64,000 nt of DNA from positions 930,001 to 994,000 of the forward strand of contig JBLDXI010000046.1 in the NCBI GenBank assembly GCA_047495785.1. Reading direction: 5' to 3'. This document shows, piece after piece, positions 1-11,947 of this stretch; position 1 is the stretch's first letter, and each line of letters begins with the position of its first letter. The notes below the pieces were generated by a model. It did no database searches, had not been told where the DNA came from, and was given only the letters and a program-made list of their open reading frames with translations. The stretch comes from Lepidodermella squamata. Its lineage: Eukaryota; Animalia; Gastrotricha. Position numbers and translations under genes: made by a program.

Positions 1-673
1 CAAGACCTGGGAATTTTTCGACCAAGAACTTGAAAATATCGCGTTTTTTCGATTTTTCCCAATCATTTTTCCGGCCCATCAGAGTCAGATGAATAGCTGA
101 TCGGTCGATATCCCTCCAGCAGTTGACAAATGGATTAGCTCCAAGTTCTTCAGTCAAAAATTTGACCATTTCCAAATTTCCGGCTATAACTGCTGAGTGG
201 AGAATTGGACTGCCGTATCGAACAAATTCGCGTTTCGAGTTGAGCTTCAGAGGTTGAATATTTCCCAAAAAGTTACGAGTCTCATCACTCAATCCAGGTC
301 GTGATAAAATTTGCTTCAAAACCGTAAATCCGCCGTCGACATGCGGCTCTTCAGGAAAAAGTCTGGCAATATCGCTTGGAATTATATCAAAACCTTTGTC
401 AAAGTTCCAGTAGCAATGGCCGTAATTTTTGTTCCGGATCGGAATGTTAACGACCAGAGGCTCCTCGGTACAGCTACCATATTCGGCCGAATTAATTTTT
501 CGGTCGATTTTCAGGAGTTCCAGAGTTAATTTCATCAGATCTTCATAACTGGAAGAAGCAGCTAGCCGGAATTTCATGTTATTCAGGCAAGATTTGACTT
601 CGGCGGGCAAACGCTGGCTGGTCAAACCAGATTCCATCAAATTGAAAAGACATTTCAGCTCATCAGCCCTCAT
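1..673 (-). CDS. Ankyrin-repeat protein, array paralog 1 (5' part; runs off window edge)
   Basis: Manual translation from ATG 673 is open to base 1: MRADELKCLFNLMESGL...LFPEEPHVDGGFTVLKQILSRPGLSDETRNFLGNI...GSPILHSAVIAGNLEMVKFLTEELGANP, clearly homologous to the three downstream paralogs. Absent from the ORF track because there is no stop in the window. Confidence 0.85.
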   Translation of the reverse strand, partial: MRADELKCLFNLMESGLTSQRLPAEVKSCLNNMKFRLAASSSYEDLMKLTLELLKIDRKINSAEYGSCTEEPLVVNIPIRNKNYGHCYWNFDKGFDIIPSDIARLFPEEPHVDGGFTVLKQILSRPGLSDETRNFLGNIQPLKLNSKREFVRYGSPILHSAVIAGNLEMVKFLTEELGANPFVNCWRDIDRSAIHLTLMGRKNDWEKSKKRDIFKFLVEKFPGL

Positions 674-1568
674 TTTAATGGACAAATTCTAAGAAAATCA
701 ATAGAAGCCAAAAAAGTTAAGAAGTCGATAGTAACACTGAGCATTCTAAAGTTGAATAAGCATTTCCGAGTTTTTTTTCTAAATTCAGTCCCAAATCCCA
801 AGTTACGCAACATCTAGGAGCTTCTTAATCTTGATGGATATGCCCTCCATGACTGCGGGATTCATGAGCTTCCTGGTACCAGCTCAGTTAGGTAGAAACT
901 GTTTCAATGTTAGCTTCGACGAATCGGAAAAATGAAAAAAAATCACCAATTTGACACTTTGGAATCTAGTTAACTGATCGCCGATGGAAAAATAGAGAGA
1001 TCTATCGATAATACAAATAATTAGGTTTCAACGGAAAAATTGAAAATCGAAACCCATATTATGGGAAAATTGAGGGCTGGTGCCCTAAAGAGCCCTGAAT
1101 TTCGGGCGTTTACTAAGCGATTACTAAGTTTACTAAGCTAACCTTGCCAAAGCGATTTTAGGGTGTTTCGGCCTGAAGATAATCGCCGATTTCTTTTAAA
1201 AAATGTATACAATTTTTATTCAAGAATAGAAATAGAAGTATTAATATCTACTTGCGAAAATTCGCAAAACCTTGCGCCATCACTTGCTTTGGATCAACTT
1301 TTTTGAAAATGAGATTAAATAAATCTTTCTTAAATTTAATCATCTAAATAAATGAAAAAAATATATAATGCAGATCAAAGAAATGTTTAACATTCAGTGT
1401 TTCAGATCTTCTTTCAATATAGATAAAATCATTGGCTATTGAATAAAATCAAGTATTGGTATCAATAATCGAAAAAGCTATCAAACTTAACAAAATCAGC
1501 GGTGATAAGTCAGTTTTTTAGGTGTTTTTCACGTCACTTCAACATTTACCGCTGTTATCATTCGAATT

Positions 1569-3044
1569 CTAGTCCAAGTAATCAATTTCACAAATATCCC
1601 GCTCAAAATTAGAATCGCGATCGTCCAGAACGCTGAAAGCATCCCGCATTTCGACTTCATCGAACCTTTGCCCCTTGTTGTTTTCAAGCAAAGCCAAATC
1701 AGGGCATTTCTCCAGCAAAAATCGTTCCATCCTAACAAGGCGGTGATGGCGAGCCTTGTGCAAAATTGTGTTGCCGTTTTTATCCTGATTTTTCAAATCA
1801 ACCCCGATTGCAGCGAGGAATTCAACCAGAGCCGATTTCCCAGCAAACAGAGCGGCTTGTTCTGAATAGTCCAAACTATCATCGGTGATATGACCAAACA
1901 AATAAGGCTCAAAATTTTTGATAGCATGGATAAATCGCGGAAATTCATCGTTGTCCAAGACTTTTTCACAATTGGAGTCAAGCGGCCAAAAATCTTCGAA
2001 ATTTAAATGAAGCAATTTTTGGGCATCATTTCGAAATTTTTCCAATCTTGAAATAAGCAACGGCAATAAATCCGAATCGCCGCTTTTCGACGCTAAATGC
2101 AGCAGAATTGCTTTACTGTTCAAATCTGCCGTCTCAATTTTCGCCCCATTATCGAGTAAAAATTTCAAAAAATACGTTCGACCGATTCGAATCGCAAAAT
2201 CGACAGTCGCTTTCGAAATTTCGGCATTCAAGTCCTTGACCAAATACTTCAGAGTCTCAAAATCGTTGGCTCGAATCGCCAGATCGAGTAAACAAGCTGG
2301 ATGAGATTCAATTTGGGCAACGGACTGCAATAAATCAGGAAAATTTTCAGACAAATATTTTACGACATCGCGACGTCCCGATCTCGTGAAACAATTATCA
2401 CTCATCATAGCCGCGTGAATAGCTAGAGATTTTTCACGGGTCGAACTCGTGAGAAACGGATTGGCTCCAAGTTCTTCAATCAGAAATTTGACCATTTCGA
2501 TATTTCCGGCCTCGGCTGCTGAGTGGAGAATGGGACTGCCGCAATGGGCGAATTTCACAATTCCTTGCTTGAAAATTTTGATTTTCAAAGGCCGAATATT
2601 TGCCAAAAATCCAGAAATATCCGTGTTCAATCGAGGATGGTTGACCATTCTTTTCAGTAAGGAAAACCCGCCGTCATCGTGAGGTTTTTTCGGAAAAAGC
2701 GCCGCAATAACCGCCGGTGTAATTCCTAAATAGTCATCCTAAAAAGTTTGAATGAGAATTATTTTTTTTTCATCAATTTAAAAATGGATTAATCCGCCTA
2801 CCTTGCCGAATTCGACCGATCCTTCAGCCGCCGCGACTTTTTGATCAAATGTGAGCAATTTGGCGAATAATTCGTTCCAATTTTCGCGCGTACTCGATTT
2901 AGTGCGAGCTTCCGACATGATCAACTTGAGTTCCGCGGCCATGAATGGGTCGTGAAGAAGTTGTAAACGCTCGTGGAAACTGCCGACCATCAAATTTATC
3001 ATTATTTTCACAGATTGAACATCCACTTCTTCGAAAACGTCCAT
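1569..3044 (-). CDS. Ankyrin-repeat protein, array paralog 2 (exons 3044-2802, 2738-1569)
   Basis: Phase-0 GT-AG intron 2739-2801 joins two ORFs in frame; ankyrin motifs GSPILHSAAEAGNIEMVKFLIEELGA, LLDLAIRANDFETLKYLV, DKNGNTILHKA; acidic tail. Confidence 0.88.
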
Positions 3045-3720
3045 AATGAAGTGAAAGGAAATCTAAAATAAAATTAAAATATTCTGAGTACATTGGAATT
3101 AGGATGAGGGGATAGAAAAAAAAAGAAAAATTGTATCAGATTAAAAGGCAAATTTATCCGAATTCTAGCGTCAAATTTTATAAGGAAATTCGCGGCTGGA
3201 TTGAAAAATCATGAGAAATCAGGTGGTCTGAACTTATTTTTAGCGTTCAGCTAAGCAAAATTAGACATTTTCGAAGCTATTTTTTACAAATTGGGCCAAA
3301 ACGCTAACTTCAAGTCTTATATATCTAAAATAGTTCATAAAATTATGATGAGGCCTTTCAAAAGTTGCAAGATGATTTATGTGAATTTTTCATTTATAAT
3401 AAATTAATAACACTATAAAAATGCATTTTTGGTGAATTTGTCCGCTAAAAACGCTCCGTTTTTTCATTTTCACAAAATTTTATCTTTCTTATCTTCGCTT
3501 CGAACCTCGAATTTTCACTGATCAGACTCGCAGAATTCGAACTGATAACATTTCGGAACAATCGCTCACATTTCAAATTTCACGATTTAATCGTACAATT
3601 CGTTTAGATTCAAAGCCGCCAAGTATTTGATCGAAGTGATAAGAATATGAATAAAATCAATCGAATATAATGAATAATCATGCTGTCAAGTCGAGTAGAA
3701 AACTCAACAATAATTAGGAT

Positions 3721-5208
3721 TCAAGCAACTTTAACATCTCCGTTTTCACCATCAAAGTCCGAGTCGTTTTAGTACCCATTTTCCTCATCATCCGAGTTAC
3801 CATACTCGCTTCGAGTTTTTATTTCTAGGTAATTTTTCCCATTTTTATTCTTCATACCAGCGAGATCAGGGCATTTTTCAAGAGGAACTTCTCAATATCA
3901 TCCAAACGATGGTGCCTAGCTTTGTGTAAAACCGTATCGCCAGCTTCATCTTGAAATTTCAAATCAATTCCTAACGCAACAATAAATTTGACGAGTTCCA
4001 TCGATCCTGCGTAATGAGCGGCATGGCTTGCGTAATCGAAGCTATCATCTGTAAAACCGCAGTAGCCACTTTCACGCTTGAACAACCTGTGCTCATACAC
4101 TTTGATGGCGTGAACTTGCCGCTGGAAACTAGTGCAGGAGAAAACACGCTCCGAGTCACCGTGAAGAGGCCAAAAATCGTTGAAAATTTCATGCAGCAAC
4201 TTGGGCACATCTTCGCGCGAATTTTCAAGATCCATCGTCGAAATAATTACAGGTAGAAGGTCCGAATCACCGGTGTTTGACGCCAAGTGATAACGAATAG
4301 CTGAGCTGAGCAGAAAATCAGGCGAAAATTTGACCCCGTTTTCGACAAATAGCTTCAAAATATAGGTTCGGCCGGCTCGAATTGCGTAGTCCGTATCACT
4401 TTCCGTGATCTCAGCTTTCTTTTCTCGAACTAGAAATTCAACTATTTCAAAGTCATTCGCTCTCACAGCTAGATCAAGCAAGGAAACCGTTGCATAGTAA
4501 CTAAAATTCATTGAACAGCTGGCGAGCTTTGGAAATTTGTCCATCAAATACATGAAAACGTCACGCCGCCCCGAATCTCGAAAATGAGTCATCGCTCAGA
4601 AAAATCGAGTGAATAGCAAGGTGTTCACTTTCTTCCGAACTCGTGAGAAATGGATCTGCGCCAAGTTCTTCGATCAAAAATGTAACCATCTCCAAATTTC
4701 CGGCCGCGGCTGCTGAGTGAAGAATCGGGCTTCCCTTTGGGGTGTATTTAATCGTCAATGGGTATTCGCGCCAGCTTTCGTGAATTTCGAGCTTATCAGG
4801 GCGAACATTCGCTAGAAATTTCCGCGTTTCTTCCTTCAATCCAGGCCTTGTTAGAATATTTTTCAATATTGAAAAGCCTCCGTCTGGGTATGGTTTTTTC
4901 GGAAAAAGCAACAAAATGTCTGATGGAACGAAGCCCTGGAAATTGAAATTTTTTAATTTGTTGATCAATTTTTCACACTTTCTGAATACCTCATCAATTT
5001 TTTTCAATCCTTCAGCCGTTGCGATTTTCTGGTCAAATTTCAAAAATTCAGCCGTTCTCTCGTACCACTCACTCTTGAAATTAATAAGGGAGTCTAATGC
5101 CGCAGTTAAACTTGAATCGCGGAGTTTTTTCAAACGTTCAGGGAAGCCAGTTTCCATCAGACTTATAAGACATCTCGAATTTTCATCGCTCAATTTTAAA
5201 CGATCCAT
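3721..5208 (-). pseudogene. Ankyrin-repeat array paralog 3, frameshifted
   Basis: Versus paralog 4: one extra base at 4574/4575 (ccgaatctcg vs ccgatctcg), a 1-base loss near 3876-3881 (expected LLEKCPDL), and a TAA at 3769-3771 inside the homologous acidic tail. Could partly be assembly error. Confidence 0.75.
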
Positions 5209-5495
5209 TTCCTCGAAAAAATTAATATCTAAAATGGGATCGTGTAAATAGCCTCATTATTGTTTTGCGGACAATTTGTCAATTTTTCACGCTTTTTCAA
5301 GTCTCGATGTACCAGATTCGGGTCATTGATCAAAATGTGGATTAATAATCTTCAATATAATAACAAAATTATTGATTCAATCAAGTTGAGATAAAATTCC
5401 GAAAGAAATGGAAAAAAAATCACAAATCGTTAACAAATTCAATTCAAGAACTGTTGCGCTCGAAAGATGAAAAAACTTAACAAGAGCAATTAAAT

Positions 5496-6983
5496 TCAGG
5501 AAACTTCTGCTTCTTCGTTCTCACTGTTCGAATCCTCGCCGTCGCCCGAGTCTTCGCCATAGCCGAACATCTCATCCTCCGAGTAGCCGAACTCGCTGCA
5601 CGTTTTCATTTGCAGATAAGTTTTGCCGCGATTGTTCTTCACAAACGCAAGATCAGGACATTTGCTCAACAGATACTCCTCAATTTCTTTCAGACGATGC
5701 TGCCTAGCCATGTGCAAAATTGTATCGCCATATTTATCCTGGTATTTCATATCAACGCCTAGATTTTCGATGAAAAACTCAACGAGTGCCTTACTGCCCG
5801 CGTAATTCGCAGCGGCGGCCGCGTCGCAATACCCATCGCCTGAGAATCCACGATCGCCAAATTTGTCGACATATAGATTCAACTCATTCAATTTAATAGC
5901 GTGAATTTGACGCGAAAAACGCGTTGAGTGGTACGCGCCGCCAGAATCGCCATTTAGCGGCCAAAATTCGTAGAAAACCGAAAACAGCAATTCAGGCGCC
6001 GCTTTACGCAAATTTTCTTCGTCAATTGTTGAAACAATGAAAGGCACGAGATCAGAATCTCCGGTTTTCGACGCTAAATGGTAGAGAATTGCAGAGCTGA
6101 GCAAATCTCTCGGGTTAAATTTAACGCCATTTTCGACGAGAAATTTCAAAATGTAGGTACGACCAGCCCGAATAGCGTAATCGACATTGTCTTTGCTGAC
6201 GGCAATTTTTCTGTCTTCAACCAGAAATCTGACTATTTCAAACTCGTTCGCTCTGATGGCAAGGTCGAGCAGCGAGCTTTGATGGGCAGCTGGACATTTG
6301 TCGATCAGGTACATGAAAACATCACGCCGCCCCGATCTCGAATAGCTGTCATCCCTCGTCAGCGTTGAATTAATCGCAAGACATCGGTCGGATAAGGAGC
6401 TCGGTAGACATGGATCTGCGCCAAGCTGTTCGATCAAAAATTTGACCATCTCCAAATTCCCGGCCGCGGCTGCTGAGTGGAGAATCGGGCTTCCCTTAGG
6501 GGTGTAATCAATTTTCAACGGGTATTCACGCCAGCTTTCGTGAATTTTAAGGCTATCAGGTCGAATGTTTGCTAGAAATTTTCGCGTTTCTTCTCGCAAG
6601 CCCGGCCGGGCTAACAGCTTTTTCAAAATTGAAAAACCACCATCAGGGTGAGGCTTCTTCGGAAAAAGTGCCACTACGTCAGAAGGGACAAATTCTCGGT
6701 AGGCAGGCTCAGGAGAAGAAAAATTATTTAATGTTTAAAATTATTTTAATCTGACTACCTCATCCGATTTGATCGAACCTTCAGCTGCCGCGATTTTCTG
6801 ATCGAATCTGAGATATTTAGCCGTCAACACATTCCACTCTTCATTGCTACAATTTGTCGTTAATGAATCAAACTCGGCTGTTAAACATGAATCTCGCAGC
6901 TTTTTCAAACGCTCAGGAAAACCGGATCCCGTAAAATTAATCCAAACTTTCGAATCTTCAGCGCGTAATTCTATACTCTTCAT
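5496..6983 (-). CDS. Ankyrin-repeat protein, array paralog 4 (exons 6983-6759, 6707-5496)
   Basis: In-frame join through a 51-nt intron 6708-6758; same ankyrin motifs; D/E-rich C-terminus. Confidence 0.85.
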
Positions 6984-7162
6984 TTAGCCGCAAAATTCAA
7001 TCTGAAAATTGATTTTGAAACACGGAGTAAACTTCTAGAACGTGAAATTTTTGAATTATTTCGAATTTATTTTACACAAAATGTAGATAAAATTTCTGCA
7101 AAAAATCTGAGTGAATCACAAATCTTCAACAAGTTTATCACGTCAATTGAATTGTTGTGTTT

Positions 7163-7704
7163 TTAGACGCCTCGATGGCTTTCTCGGAAGTGCTGCAAAA
7201 GCAGGTGCTCTGAGGCAACGGTCATCGGGCACATTTTACAGGCGAATCGACGAGTCACTAACGATGAGTTTGGAGGCGGAGGAAAGACGCGCTGAGTATT
7301 GCGACGAACCGGCAGAGCTGTTGCAAATTTACGCGAGTTTTGAGCCAATTTTTGAGTAGTGGGGCGTCTTAACCCAGTATTAGCTTCAGGTCTCGGCCGA
7401 TCGATGTCGATTGGAGTTGGTTGAATAGGAATAGGCGGAAGTTTTGCTGGTGATTGCGATTGAATTTTCCCGCAAAAATCGTAAATATTCAAATCTGGTT
7501 TTAAATTTGAAAAAATTCCACCTTAAATTTAGAAATAAAGTTATTACGCATGTTGAGGTGAGCTTTTTCGATATCGACCAATTTTTCGACCAAATCTTTC
7601 GCCTCGTTATCTTCAGGGTGCTCTTTTTGATAGCGAAAAATCCAATTGCGGCTGTATTCGAAAAGGCCGTAAAAATCTTTCGCCATGCCAAGAGAACTCG
7701 ACAT
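7163..7704 (-). CDS. Small protein with one C-terminal C2H2 zinc finger (exons 7704-7548, 7494-7163)
   Basis: Phase-1 intron 7495-7547 (53 nt) joins frames; C-terminus FACKMCPMTVASEHLLLQHFRESH fits C-x2-C-x12-H-x4-H; Pro-rich linker. Confidence 0.7.
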
Positions 7705-7772
7705 TTTTAAATAAAAACCCCCTAAAATCACACGATTAAATCTATAAAAAACCAAGGAGATTTAGAAAATAT

Positions 7773-9299
7773 TCAATCGCATTCTGCGACTCGTCTTGAG
7801 CTGGAGAAAAATAAGCACTTTAGCCTTTGGTCATCGCATCGTCTCGCATACTGTCTAGCAGTCCATCCGCGAGCATCAGTTACGTTAATATCAGCCCCAT
7901 ATTTCAGAAGGGTCTTCGCCATTTGAAAATTGGCACGTTTCACAGCTTCAATCAAAACTGTTGAATCGTTCGATAATTTCACGTTCAAATCAACGCCAGC
8001 TTTGCATAAATCTTTGATGGTTCGAATGTCCCATGTGTTAACAGCATCACTCAACGCCGCGGCTACATCTGCACCGAATTCAATTAAAAGCCGGACGATT
8101 TCGGGCCGAGAAGATGCCATCATTAGCGGGACGTTTCCGAACATTCCGCGATCATTCGGATTCGCTCCGTTTTCGAGTAATACTCGGATGACATCGATAT
8201 TCATCGAGTTGTAATCGCAAGCTAGGCAAATCGCGGTATCTTCACAGGTTGTTCGTCGGTGCAAGATATCTTGAGGAATCGAGTTGTTGAGAACTTCTCG
8301 TACCAAATCTGGACGTTTCATTATTACAGCTTTCCATAATTTAACTGCCTGGATTAGGGATGCGTGAAAATTCATTGCGAATTCTCAAATATTCTCCACT
8401 TACATCGAAGATTTTTTCAGCGTTTCGAGGAAAGACCAAATCGATAGTGGTCGCGTTGTCATCGCAAAACACCAAATATTGAACGTCAAAACGATAAGGC
8501 AAAAGCAGGGTGGGTCGACTGATGGGGGAGAAATCCCAATCTGGCTTCAAAGGGGAAGATAAATTCAAGGTACCAATTCATGAAATTAAGCCTCACCTCT
8601 TTCAATGCGATATCTTCTATCTTTGCCATGTTTCGAGTTAGAAATACAGGAGGAACGGCGAAAAAGCTGTTAACATGCACATCGATAACAACAGGAAGCC
8701 GCAGCAAATGATAAACCTTTAACAGATCTTTTTTAAAAGATTCCAAAAAAGCCAATGTCTTCAAACTACCTCAGGAAACGGGAATAGTTTCTCAATGTTA
8801 ACAAGCCACCAGTAGGTATTTTGCCGACGGGCCTTTCCAATCTTTAATGCGGATAATTCTTCTTGAGACATGCACCCCAGCAAGACATCAACAAACTCCA
8901 TTGCATTTTCGAAGTTGCGCCCATTGTTAATTTTCAGATAAACTTCATCACTCAGATCTATCTCACCAATAAGCCGAAAGCGCGATTTGAAACTGCCGTC
9001 AGTCAGATGTTTGCGAAATCGTGTTAATGCTCCATCGACTTGGATGAAATTTCTTGCGCTTTCTCTCCCGAATTCACGCACAAGAAACGCAGCCCAAAAG
9101 CCATCTCCATTTAGATACTGATGCCACCTGTTGTTAAGGATAGGCATTGCAGATTCAAGTAAACAGCGAAAAATAACTTTTTGTTGACGACATTACATGC
9201 CTTGAATAAGTCAGAATTCGACAGGTTTAACAATATTTTGGATACAACTTCCGGTGGCAATGTCTCCACGGGATCAAACAGCCTCCTCCTACTGCCCAT
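7773..9299 (-). CDS. F-box + ankyrin-repeat protein (exons 9299-9178, 9127-8770, 8716-8597, 8544-8404, 8348-7773)
   Basis: Four GT-AG introns of 50, 53, 52 and 55 nt give one continuous frame; spliced F-box DPVETLPPEVVSKILLNLSNSDLFKACNVVNKKWHQYLNGDGFW; C-terminal ankyrins (VIRVLLENGANPN, GNVPLMMA, LLKYGADINVTDARGWTA). Confidence 0.82.
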
Positions 9300-9839
9300 A
9301 ATTAATCAGTCTAAAGCCTAAGAAACAGGAGAAACCTATCAAGGCAAATTCGAGCATCAGCAATCAACGAATCGAAAAAACTTAACAGTGAATCCGTACG
9401 TGCTCAGGCATTCCCACATGCAACATATTAATCGCAATTCTGGCAGTGAAATATATTCAAGTCAATAGACAGAGCATAGAGCGGCGGATTGTCATGTTTC
9501 AATGGGGCATCTAAAAATTTCAACCCAGCAAGCCTCATTCGAAAGTGGAGGCACAAAGTCGAGCAGAAAACCGATGCTGAGACAGGCGAAAAGTCCGAGA
9601 CCAGATAACCGAAAGAACTCCGATCCGAAACCAGGTAACGAGACGCAGGCAACTCCTTGCAGAAAAAGCGCGCGCAAAATTTGCAATACTAAAAAGTCGA
9701 CCTTGAAGATTTTTGATCATTGCACTCCAACTTTATAAAATAATTGCGATTTCAAATTTTTTAATAAGTTAATCCTGAAGCTGAGCCGCAGTAATTTTGT
9801 AGTCTTCTTGAGCTTTTCGTTGACTTTTCTTTGCATTTT

Positions 9840-10277
9840 CGGTGTGGCTATTGGCACATAATTATGTGCCCCTTAATGGCTATTGGCACATAACATTTTT
9901 CATTTAACTGCTTATTTCGGGAGTTTAATTCTCAGATACCAGCATTTCAACCTTGCAATAGCAATCTAGGGGCGGCGAATTCACTGGAATCGTCGGATTT
10001 CACGTAACTGCGATAGACTTCAGATACTCTACTTGGGCTACCCATTAGATGACGGATACCCCGATTTGCGGGCCCATGACTGCAATTTCGATATCGCCAA
10101 ACGATTCCCTGTTGACGAAAACCCTAATATCAATACTCGTGGAACATTTCGATGCGTGACTTTCTAAAACATCGAAAGTTGAAATTAGCGTTATGTGCTA
10201 ATAGCCATTAAGGGGCACATAATGTATGTGCCAATAGCCAATAAGAGGCACATAATTATGTGCCAATAGCAACACCC
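9840..10277. mobile_element. Non-autonomous Mutator-like MITE
   Basis: TIRs ggtgtggctattggcacataattatgtgcc / ggcacataattatgtgccaatagcaacacc with internally repeated subunits; exact 9-bp TSD ttgcatttt at 9831-9839 and 10278-10286. Confidence 0.85.
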
Positions 10278-10407
10278 TTGCATTTTTTGCATAGCCACGG
10301 TGAAGAATTTTATTGTTTTTCATCGAGATTGACGATATGTTATCAAAAGCAATGAACAACAAGGTTTTCTTGTTCATATTTAGTATGCATCGCTGGTCGT
10401 TTCAAAT

Positions 10408-11578
10408 TTAATTGACGTATTTCTCTGCAAGCGGATCGAATGCTTCATCAAGAGCATCACAAGCTTTGTCAGATGCATAATTCGTCGCGCAAGCCATGGC
10501 AAAGTTTTTCCTTGGAGCCACCCAAGCGGTTGCGTACCAGGCCTCATTAGAGCCGGAATGAGTTAAAACATCATCAGCCCATGTTGGGCTCTCTACTGAC
10601 CATCCGCCAGCATAGTCGCCAACTGGGCGTTGAAGACGCTGGATGGTTGCTGCGGTTAATATCTGGGTATTCGTGCCTCTTCCGCCAGCAACGTGAACCT
10701 GCAAAAACTTGCCATAGTCTGGCAACGAACAATATACGCTACCAGCTGGACCACAAGCCGGTGGGTTGTCAGCTTCCGGGCTATCAGGGGAGATCGGACT
10801 CGGGCCTTTTTGAGTCTTGCCGTGTCCCCAGGGTTGATCGATAACCCTAGCACTGCCAGGGGCACCGAATCCACAACTAGTCATACCTAGTGGGTTGAAA
10901 ATTCTCTTTCTCATGATGTTCTCCCATGTGTCATTAGCAGCCTTTTCCAACACGTAGCCAACGACCACATAACCGGCGTTTGAGTAAACGAACTTGGAAG
11001 CTGGTCTATAAATATCTCTTATCTCTATAAAATACTTCAAACATTAAAATGTTGAATAACCTGTATTCAGGTTTTGCTCGCAGAAGAGATCGAACGGCCG
11101 TGGTACGAGCCATGGGAGAATCGCCATCCTGCCACATTTTTTCGAATACACTGTCAGGTTCATGTTCAGAAAACCCACCACGATTTTGTATTAGTTGCTC
11201 GATAGTTGCACCCCGTAATTCAGCATGAATTGTCTCCCCTGGCAAGAGCGTAGATAGGGTGTCCTCAAATCGGAACAGGCCTTGTTCCACGAAGATTCCG
11301 ACCAGTGTCGCAGTCATTGCTTTGGTATTCGACCCGAGGTGCCATTTGTCATTGAGGCCAACTCGAGTTGGGTTACCGAACTTGCGCACACCCGTTGCTC
11401 CTTGACCAACAAGCTGGCCGTTTTTCCATACAGCGCAAGCTAGAGCAGGAGCCCCGCCTTTCAGGCGATAAGGCTCAATCACTGAAGTCAAATTTTCCTG
11501 AGCTGATGAAGATTTTAGCCAAGCTAAACTTAATGCAGCAAAAATTACGATGAATCCTGAATCTGAAAAGATAATCAT
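10408..11578 (-). CDS. Secreted beta-lactamase-family (AmpC/class C-like) serine hydrolase, copy 1 (exons 11578-11061, 11005-10408)
   Basis: Motifs GSNTK (SxxK), YSN (YxN), HSGS; hydrophobic N-terminal signal; phase-2 intron 11006-11060 (55 nt). Start codon inferred. Confidence 0.9.
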
Positions 11579-11667
11579 GGCAAATAAAACTCTCACTAGT
11601 GTCGAAAGTTTTTTTTACTGAACGGGGATATAGCCACGCATTTTGGCAAGAAAAACGACTGCCTTTA

Positions 11668-11686
11668 TTTACTCAGCTGAGGTAAA
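11668..11686. promoter_or_regulatory. Conserved upstream motif of serine hydrolase copy 1 (bZIP-site-like)
   Basis: tttactcagctgaggtaaa matches ttgactcaggtgaggtaaa upstream of copy 2 (17/19) at a similar distance from the ATG. Confidence 0.5.
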
Positions 11687-11947
11687 TAATGCACAAGTCG
11701 TGCTTGTAAACCTAAATGAACCTGCAAAAAACGGATAACAGCCCGCGTTTATTGCATAATAAAGGAAGGTGCGTGATTTTTAATCAACGGTTATGCCAAT
11801 AAGCTGCGGTGCATTTTAGTGTTAGGAAGGCGAGGAAGACTTATCGCCTTGGGAAAACAGTGATAATAAAAATGCCACACCTGAGAAATTGAATACAGTA
11901 AATAGTTTTCCCATGTCACACTATTAAGTATTTGTAGCCAATTACAC

